A program made the position numbers and the translations under genes. The notes under the pieces are model-generated. The model was not told where the DNA came from. It searched no databases and worked only from the letters and a program-made list of their open reading frames with translations. DNA of 64,000 nucleotides from an uncultured Verrucomicrobiota bacterium. Lineage in GTDB: Bacteria; Verrucomicrobiota; Verrucomicrobiia; JABWAM01. The DNA lies in NCBI GenBank assembly GCA_964475835.1, contig CAYYYL010000002.1, positions 49,910-113,909 of the forward strand. Direction: 5' to 3'. Of the stretch, positions 57,889 through 64,000 are shown piece after piece (position 1 is the first letter of the stretch; each line of letters opens with the position of its first letter).

Positions 57889-59117
57889 TTTCAAACCTTC
57901 CATCCCCCCTTTTCATTGCCCTGCGGTATTTACGTCCTCGGCGCACGTTTGTCTCGGTGATCACGGTGATCTCTGTCATCGGAGTCATGCTGGGGGTGAT
58001 GGTATTGATCCTGGTGATATCGGTCATGAGCGGTTTTGACCGGGAGCTTCGGCAAAAGGTGCTTGGGTTGAACTCTCATCTGACGATCACCTCGGGGGCG
58101 ACCATTCGGAATTGGGAGGAAATCTCCCGCCAGGTGGAGGAGCGTCCCCATGTGCGGGGGGTGGCACCCTTCATTGTGGGGCCTGTGCTTGCGAAATTTG
58201 CCGGACGTGTTTTCACCCCGTATCTCAAAGGTGTGGATGCGGCGCGTGAACCGCACGTGAGCGATCTTTCCCGTTACATCATCAAAGGCAAGTTTGATCT
58301 GGAGGGGGAAAAGGTGGTGATCGGCAGCGAGCTTGCCCGGCGCTACGGTGTCTTTGTGGGGGATAAGATCACGATCTATTCCCCCAAAGGTTTTGAGGAT
58401 CGGAAGGTGGCCTATCTTCCAGGGGAACCTGTGGTTACGGGAATTTTTGAAAGTGGAATGTTCGAATATGATGTCGGATTCATCTTCTGTTCACTGGAAA
58501 CAGCGCAGGACCTTTACGAACTCCGCTCCTCGGTGCATGGTCTTGCGGTTATGACAGACAGCCTGGAGACCGTGGACAGGGTTCAGCAGGATCTTAATTC
58601 CACTTTGAAGCTCCCCCTTCGTGCGAGCACCTGGATGGAGCTGAATCGACGGTTGTTTTCGGCGATCGCTGTGGAAAAGAATATGATGTTTTTTCTTCTA
58701 ATCTTCATCATCATTGTCGCGGCATTCGGTATCATGAGCACATTGATCACGGTTACGGTTCAAAAGACGAGGGAGATCGGGGTGCTGAAATCCATTGGAG
58801 CGACCCCCGGAAATATTTTATCCATTTTTTTGGCGCAAGGTTTGATCGTGGGAGCCATCGGAACAAGCCTTGGGCTCGGCCTGGGATTGACCCTTCTCCA
58901 CTATCGAAATCCGTTTTTGGAATTCCTGCGGCGCGTAACGGGATTTGAGCTTTTCCCGCGTGAAATCTACAATTTCGACCAGTTACCCGCGCAGATTAAT
59001 CCCCAAGATATCCTGCTGATCTGTGTCTCTGCCTTTTTAATTTGCACTTTGGCGGGGCTGTTTCCAGCGTGGAGAGCCGCTAAATTGGAGCCGGCACGCG
59101 CGCTGCGAGATTTTTAA
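57885..59117 (+). CDS. lolE: Lipoprotein-releasing system permease (LolC/LolE, FtsX-like)
   Basis: The N-terminus FIALRYLRPRR, four transmembrane helices and a periplasmic MacB-like domain are typical of LolC/E. Confidence 0.85.
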   Translation: MISNLPSPLFIALRYLRPRRTFVSVITVISVIGVMLGVMVLILVISVMSGFDRELRQKVLGLNSHLTITSGATIRNWEEISRQVEERPHVRGVAPFIVGPVLAKFAGRVFTPYLKGVDAAREPHVSDLSRYIIKGKFDLEGEKVVIGSELARRYGVFVGDKITIYSPKGFEDRKVAYLPGEPVVTGIFESGMFEYDVGFIFCSLETAQDLYELRSSVHGLAVMTDSLETVDRVQQDLNSTLKLPLRASTWMELNRRLFSAIAVEKNMMFFLLIFIIIVAAFGIMSTLITVTVQKTREIGVLKSIGATPGNILSIFLAQGLIVGAIGTSLGLGLGLTLLHYRNPFLEFLRRVTGFELFPREIYNFDQLPAQINPQDILLICVSAFLICTLAGLFPAWRAAKLEPARALRDF

Positions 59118-59143
59118 CAGCCTGCAAAATCTGCGCGATTAAA

Positions 59144-59803
59144 ATGGGGCATCCATGCAATAAAGCTCGACCTTTTTGGGAAATTTTCCTTAAGAATGGG
59201 CCCGCTCCACGTGGCATTTGCGATGCTCATTATTTCCTTGAGGAACTTTTTGTGCCAGGACTTCCCCAAACATTAACGGTCTGGTTGGTGCTTTTCCTAG
59301 GCGTAGCCCTGTCCATGGGTTGGGCTGGTGAAGGAGAGGATTCAGAGACCCGTGCCGAGAAAACGGCGCGTATGCTGAACTCGCGAAAGATTCTGGTGCG
59401 GGTGACCTATTATGGGCCGGATGCGAAGTGGGGAAATCAAATTGCATCCACGACAAAGCGTCGGGCTGAGCAGGGCCGTACGGCCGCGGTGGATCCCAGC
59501 TTAATTCCGTATGGGAGTGTTATTCACCTTCCCGGAATTGGCCAATTGGTGGCGGAGGATACCGGGACGGATGTTATTGCCCGCAAAGCGAGTGAGAGTC
59601 ATGGAAACATTCCGGTCATCGATGTCTATGTGGAGGAGCCTGCTGAGGCGGAGAAGCTTTCCCGGGAGATGCCGGAAACGATGATGGTTACGATTACGAC
59701 CGAGAACGAAGTGGGTGTGCCCGATATTCTGCCGAAAAAAAGGAAGTCTCCCCCACCCGCCCCGCGTCTGGAAATTGTTCGTCCCCAGCCCGATATGGCC
59801 TGA
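59144..59803 (+). CDS. 3D (Asp-Asp-Asp) domain-containing protein (MltA/YuiC-like cell-wall-binding domain)
   Basis: The block RVTYYGPD...VDPSLIPYGSVIHLPGIG...AEDTGTDV...IDVY is a 3D domain. The likely start is the GTG at 59252, which gives the signal peptide LTVWLVLFLGVALSMGWA. Confidence 0.55.
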   Translation: MGHPCNKARPFWEIFLKNGPAPRGICDAHYFLEELFVPGLPQTLTVWLVLFLGVALSMGWAGEGEDSETRAEKTARMLNSRKILVRVTYYGPDAKWGNQIASTTKRRAEQGRTAAVDPSLIPYGSVIHLPGIGQLVAEDTGTDVIARKASESHGNIPVIDVYVEEPAEAEKLSREMPETMMVTITTENEVGVPDILPKKRKSPPPAPRLEIVRPQPDMA

Positions 59804-59917
59804 AGGCCCGGAGAGATGTCTCTGAGGAGGGCGATTCTGATTCCTCCGGTCTTATTCCGCTTCCCGATATTGTTTGCCCCAAGGACTCACATTTGCTAGG
59901 CTGAACCACCCTATTCT

Positions 59918-61705
59918 ATGAGCAAGAAGACCCAAACGCCGCGCCAAAAGACGGCTTCCAAGCCGTCTTTAACATCCCGGGGACAATTGACCTCTGGAGC
60001 GGACATCGTCGTCCAGGCATTGGAGCGCGAGGGGGTCGAGGTGGTGTTTGCCTATCCCGGGGGTGCAAGCATGGAGCTTCACCAAGCGCTGACCCGTTCC
60101 AAGTCGATACGCACCATTCTGCCACGGCATGAGCAGGGAGAGATTTTTGCCGCTGAAGGCTATGCCCGCGCGAGTGGCAAGGTGGGGGTTTGCCTGGCAA
60201 CCAGCGGTCCTGGGGCGACGAATCTTGTGACCGGGATTGCCGATGCTTTCATGGATTCGATTCCCCTTGTGGCGATCACCGGACAGGTGAAGGCTGAATT
60301 CATTGGAAAAATGGCCTTCCAGGAAACCGACGTGTTGGGGATGACGCTTCCTATTGTGAAGCATAGCTATCTGGTGATGGATGTGAACGATATTCCCCGG
60401 GTGATCAAGGAGGCCTGCCATATCGCTCAAACAGGGCGTCCCGGACCGGTGTTGGTGGACATTCCGAAGAATGTGCAGCAACTGAAAACGCAGCCTGTAT
60501 TTCCCGAGACTGTGGATCTCCCGGGCTATCAGCCTTTTTACAAGGCGGATCCTGTGGCCATTCAGGAAGTCATTGGCCTGATCTCAAAAGCTAAGCGCCC
60601 CATGATCTATTGCGGGGGCGGAATCATTTCAAGTGGTGCCTCCAAGGAGTTGCTTGAATTTGCGGAGAAGACGCAGATTCCTGTGGCTACGACCCTTATG
60701 GGGATTGGGGCATTCCCGGAGACACATCCCCTCTCCCTCAAGTGGTTGGGAATGCACGGCACGGTTTATGCCAACAATGCCGTGAACGAAGCGGATCTGC
60801 TTCTGGCCATTGGAGTGCGGTTCGATGACCGGGTCACGGGCAAGGTGGAGAAATTTGCAGAACATGGAACGATTGTGCATATCGACATCGATCCATCGGA
60901 GATTGGCAAGAATAAGCCGGTGGCACTCCCCATTCTGAGTGACGTGAAATACGCGTTGCAGCAGCTTAACAGGGCACTGTCCCGCGTCTCGACGGATGAG
61001 CTTCGCTCGCGCTTTTCCGATTGGACGCAACAGATTGAAGCGTGGCGTGCAAAACACCCCCTGACCTGGAAGGAAAATAAAAATGATCCTGAGGAAATCC
61101 AGCCCCAGGCCGTCATTCGGATGCTTTGTGAGCTCACCCAGGGCGATGCGATCATCACCACGGGGGTGGGACAGCATCAGATGTGGAGCGCCCAGTTCTA
61201 TGACTTTGTGAAGCCCCGCACGTTTTTGACCTCGGCGGGGCTGGGAGCCATGGGATTTGGCTATCCGGCCGCCCTTGGAGCCAAGGTGGCATGTCCGAAT
61301 CGTCAGGTGATCGATATTGATGGGGATGGAAGCTTTCTGATGAATGTGCAGGAATTGGCCACGGCGCACATCGAAGGGATTGCAGCCAAGGTGGTGGTGT
61401 TGAACAACCGGCATCTCGGCATGGTGGTGCAATGGGAAGACCGGTTCTACAAGGGGAATCGGGCCCATACCTTCCTCGCGGATCCCAAGCATCCGGATCG
61501 GGAATACCCTGATCTGGTCAAGATCGCCGAGGGTTTTAATCTCCCCGCCCGCAAAGTGACCCGTAAATCCGAGCTCCGCGACGCGATTCAGGAGATGTTG
61601 GATTCGAAAACCGCCTTCCTTCTTGACGTTCGAGTGCCCTATACCGAGCACGTGTTGCCCATGATTCCTGCTGGGGCTACCTATAAGGATATTGTCACGG
61701 AGTAA
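59918..61705 (+). CDS. ilvB: Acetolactate synthase large (catalytic) subunit, biosynthetic type
   Basis: TPP enzyme with [15 protein letters not shown] and the [15 protein letters not shown]-binding motif. Confidence 0.9.
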   Translation: MSKKTQTPRQKTASKPSLTSRGQLTSGADIVVQALEREGVEVVFAYPGGASMELHQALTRSKSIRTILPRHEQGEIFAAEGYARASGKVGVCLATSGPGATNLVTGIADAFMDSIPLVAITGQVKAEFIGKMAFQETDVLGMTLPIVKHSYLVMDVNDIPRVIKEACHIAQTGRPGPVLVDIPKNVQQLKTQPVFPETVDLPGYQPFYKADPVAIQEVIGLISKAKRPMIYCGGGIISSGASKELLEFAEKTQIPVATTLMGIGAFPETHPLSLKWLGMHGTVYANNAVNEADLLLAIGVRFDDRVTGKVEKFAEHGTIVHIDIDPSEIGKNKPVALPILSDVKYALQQLNRALSRVSTDELRSRFSDWTQQIEAWRAKHPLTWKENKNDPEEIQPQAVIRMLCELTQGDAIITTGVGQHQMWSAQFYDFVKPRTFLTSAGLGAMGFGYPAALGAKVACPNRQVIDIDGDGSFLMNVQELATAHIEGIAAKVVVLNNRHLGMVVQWEDRFYKGNRAHTFLADPKHPDREYPDLVKIAEGFNLPARKVTRKSELRDAIQEMLDSKTAFLLDVRVPYTEHVLPMIPAGATYKDIVTE

Positions 61706-61836
61706 ATTTGGATTGTCATTTTGTCCGCCATTTTGTCTGGTTTTGACAAAAGTTCGTTTGAATTGAGGGAAGTTTTTCCTTCAAAATGAAGTCATCCCCT
61801 TGGCATGGGGGCTGCTTTTAAGGAGGACATCCCTCC

Positions 61837-62316
61837 ATGAAAACCATCCTTCTTCCCATCCGTCTGAGTGCCAACACCCTTTCCCTCCTTGAATGTGCGG
61901 AGCGTATGTGCTCCGAAATGCAGGCCGGGCTTGTATTTCTTTATGTGGTTCCGAAGCAATCCTATGACAATGGGACATTTGCTCCGAAAACCGATGTGCA
62001 TCAGCGGGTAGTACAGGAAGCCAGAGTGATTTTAGAGCAGCTTTCCCGGAAAGCCATTATTCATGGAATTCGCTCCCGTATTGTGGTGATGGATGGAACT
62101 CCGGGTGAAGCAATTCTTCAGGTGGCTCGTCAGACTCGCGCGTCGATGGTGGTCTTGGAAAAAGATGGATGGGTGCAGGGAAATGTGGTCGAAAAAATCA
62201 TTCACCAGTCCCCCTGCCCTGTCCTGACCTGGAGTGAATCCTCCACCCAGGTTGCGTCCAAGCCTGTTTGTCTCCCGGCGATCCCGGCGCACCGGCACGC
62301 ATTGGCGGCTGCTTGA
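61837..62316 (+). CDS. Universal stress protein (UspA family)
   Basis: 159 aa. The N-terminus MKTILLPIRLS and the C-terminal block VVLEKDGW...VVEKIIHQSPCPVLTW fit a Usp fold. A good AAGGAGG ribosome-binding site precedes it. Confidence 0.7.
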   Translation: MKTILLPIRLSANTLSLLECAERMCSEMQAGLVFLYVVPKQSYDNGTFAPKTDVHQRVVQEARVILEQLSRKAIIHGIRSRIVVMDGTPGEAILQVARQTRASMVVLEKDGWVQGNVVEKIIHQSPCPVLTWSESSTQVASKPVCLPAIPAHRHALAAA

Positions 62317-62347
62317 TTCCAGTCCGTTTCCCATCCATCATGGCGGG

Positions 62348-63244
62348 GTGAGTCGTCATCTCAGCCTTATCATCGCCCTGTTGTTTGTGTGGACGCCGTG
62401 GTCATTTTCAGCTTCAGCGGCTATGAAGCCGCGTTCCAGGGACACTGCGGCCTTGCAACTGGCTCTGGATAATGCGGGTTTTTCTCCGGGGTTGATTGAT
62501 GGGGTTGCGGGACCGCGCACCAGGATGGCTCAACAGCTTGCGCAGGAGGCCGCTCAATCCCTCGAGGCCTCCGGCAGTCCCTGGTGTGAGTGGCAGGTTC
62601 CCGAGCATTTTTTGGATGAGGTTGCCTTGATTCCGAAAACATGGTTGGAGAGGTCTCAATCCACGGGCATGTGGCATGAAACCCCGTTGGAAAAGATCAG
62701 TGAAACCTTTCATGCCTCCCGTGCTTTTCTCATATTTCTCAATCCTCAGATACGCGATTGGGGACAGGTGCAGGAGGGGCATTTCCTCACGGTCCCAGAT
62801 CTTCACCTGCAAAAGGCCGGGCATGCCGATCATCTTCGGATTTCGATTTCCCGAAAAGTAGTTCTGGCCTGTGATAATCAGGAGAAGATTTTGGCATCCT
62901 TTCCCTGCTCCATTGCAGCAAAGAAGGAGAAACGTCCAAAAGGGCGGCTTGAAGTCTGTTCCATCATTCTTCACCCGGACTACGTTTTTGATCCGGCGCT
63001 CTTCCCGGAGCTTCCCGAAGCGAGAACGTTAAAGACAAAACTCATCATTCCTCCTGGGCCTAATAATCCTGTTGGAGAGATGTGGATCGGACTGAATTTA
63101 AAAGGTTATGGAATTCATGGCACACCCTATCCTGAGGAAATTGCCCGAACGGAAAGCCACGGTTGTTTTCGTTTAACCAATTGGGATGCCATTCGATTGG
63201 GCGAAATGATCCGAACAGGAACTCCCGTGGCTGTAGAGCCTTGA
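62348..63244 (+). CDS. L,D-transpeptidase (YkuD domain) with an N-terminal peptidoglycan-binding-like domain
   Basis: Catalytic motif HGTPYPEEIARTESHGCFRLTNWD. I chose the GTG start at 62348 so that the signal peptide SRHLSLIIALLFVWTPWSFSASA is included. Confidence 0.7.
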   Translation: MSRHLSLIIALLFVWTPWSFSASAAMKPRSRDTAALQLALDNAGFSPGLIDGVAGPRTRMAQQLAQEAAQSLEASGSPWCEWQVPEHFLDEVALIPKTWLERSQSTGMWHETPLEKISETFHASRAFLIFLNPQIRDWGQVQEGHFLTVPDLHLQKAGHADHLRISISRKVVLACDNQEKILASFPCSIAAKKEKRPKGRLEVCSIILHPDYVFDPALFPELPEARTLKTKLIIPPGPNNPVGEMWIGLNLKGYGIHGTPYPEEIARTESHGCFRLTNWDAIRLGEMIRTGTPVAVEP

Positions 63245-63263
63245 TAAGGACCCTTTTCATCCT

Positions 63264-64000
63264 ATGAAAGGATTCAAGATATTTGTGCTCGTCCTGTTTG
63301 GATTGGTTGTCGGGCTGGGCGTTGCCGAGGTTGCGGCTCGATTTCTGTTGCCTCCCCCCACCCGGCAAATCGCCCTTTTACGAATGCGTGCGCCCGATCT
63401 TCAAATGGATGCGGGAACAGATCTCAAAAAGCCTGATTACAATCCCTTCATCCAGCGGCGACCCCATTCAAACTGGGTATGCGATGGCATTCATCCAGAG
63501 CTAATGAACAATGAGGGATTTCGCGATGAGGATTTTGTTCGTTCACGAATTCCTGGAAAACGAAGGATCGCCCTCATCGGGGATTCTTTTGTGGAAGGCT
63601 GGATGGGGCCTCGATCCGTGGCCTTTCCCCGTGTCGTCCAACAAGTCCTTGGAAGTTCCTTCGAGGTCATGAATTTTGGTCTCGCGAACCGCTCCCCTCT
63701 GCGTTACCTCGCACTCTACGATCAAATTGTTCGAAAGTATCAACCGGACATGGTTCTCGTCTGTCTCTATCAAAACGACCTTCAGGAGGACCGAGATCTG
63801 CTTCCTTATGCGACCTTGGACGAACGTGGGGTTCCGATAAAATTTGATTATGTTCGTTATTTCCAGGACACCCCGCGCATGCCTCAAACACGGTGGGAAC
63901 GGCGACGCGATCGCTGGCAATGGCTTGCATGCCAGCATAGCAGACTATTTCCCTACATTGCGGTCTATTTTTCTGTAAACCCGGAGTTCAGGCACCGAAT
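63264..64000 (+). CDS. SGNH/GDSL-type hydrolase with an N-terminal membrane anchor (3' end beyond the window); paralogue of 20675..21931
   Basis: I translated it myself: MKGFKIFVLVLFGLVVGLGVAEVAARF...RIALIGDSFVEGWMG.... It is open to the window edge, so it is absent from the ORF track. Confidence 0.6.
   Translation, partial: MKGFKIFVLVLFGLVVGLGVAEVAARFLLPPPTRQIALLRMRAPDLQMDAGTDLKKPDYNPFIQRRPHSNWVCDGIHPELMNNEGFRDEDFVRSRIPGKRRIALIGDSFVEGWMGPRSVAFPRVVQQVLGSSFEVMNFGLANRSPLRYLALYDQIVRKYQPDMVLVCLYQNDLQEDRDLLPYATLDERGVPIKFDYVRYFQDTPRMPQTRWERRRDRWQWLACQHSRLFPYIAVYFSVNPEFRHR

Noticed and set aside
60629-61651. 340-aa ORF on the minus strand
   Set aside because: It is antisense to ilvB, which is clearly the real gene because it carries the TPP-binding motifs.
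1-64000. Search for tRNA, rRNA and tmRNA genes and for CRISPR arrays
   Set aside because: I found no T-loop GTTCGAATC or GTTCAAATC cloverleaf candidates. No regularly spaced direct repeats of 24-48 bp were found. The only tandem repeat is the 2 x 12 bp one in the origin-like region.

Overview
This is a 64-kb, gene-dense chromosomal window of about 55% GC with roughly 58 protein-coding genes. It most likely comes from a PVC-superphylum bacterium (Verrucomicrobiota or Planctomycetota-like). The evidence for that is three prepilin-type N-terminal methylation-domain proteins with DUF1559-like C-termini, a GldG/DUF4340 ABC module, a Hanks-type Ser/Thr kinase, and frequent absence of Shine-Dalgarno motifs. 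I found no rRNA, tRNA, CRISPR, transposase, integrase or phage genes, so this looks like core chromosome rather than an island.

The window contains:
- dnaA (minus strand, 36542..37900) with a ~770-bp AT-rich intergenic region directly upstream. That region carries two identical DnaA-box-like 11-mers and a 12-bp tandem repeat, and is a candidate oriC.
- Housekeeping genes: a purN fragment, rfaE-like heptose adenylyltransferase, rpe, a stand-alone 5'-3' exonuclease, coaE, rho, nadA, leuS, rdgB, ilvN-ilvC, ilvB (33 kb away from ilvN), a fused indolepyruvate:ferredoxin oxidoreductase, and lolC/E.
- A cell-envelope/LPS neighbourhood: msbA-like exporter, lpxI, an O-antigen-ligase-like protein, a NodU/CmcH-type carbamoyltransferase with a small membrane partner, two SGNH-hydrolase paralogues, an L,D-transpeptidase, and a 3D-domain protein.
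- A polysaccharide-utilisation-like locus: two clan GH-A hydrolases, a hybrid GntR-HTH/LacI-sensor regulator, and two tandem paralogous secreted ~200-aa beta-sandwich proteins separated by a clear intrinsic terminator.
- An ECF-sigma-headed Cus-type heavy-metal RND efflux cluster with unusual small accessory genes: a Cys-rich secreted peptide, a one-TM anti-sigma candidate, an LTxxQ periplasmic protein, a small beta-barrel-like protein in place of a canonical outer-membrane factor, and a CusB with duplicated N-terminal Cys motifs.

The most striking structure not explained by any gene is a 274-bp element between leuS and rdgB. It is bounded by 30-bp inverted repeats (28/30 matching), is packed with internal hairpins, and carries the rdgB start codon inside its right arm. 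It may be a MITE-like insertion or a structured regulatory/ncRNA element.

Other points worth a look are a frameshift-interrupted prepilin-type gene, a Hanks kinase/PHP phosphatase pair beside dnaA, and a possible leader peptide and hairpin upstream of ilvB.
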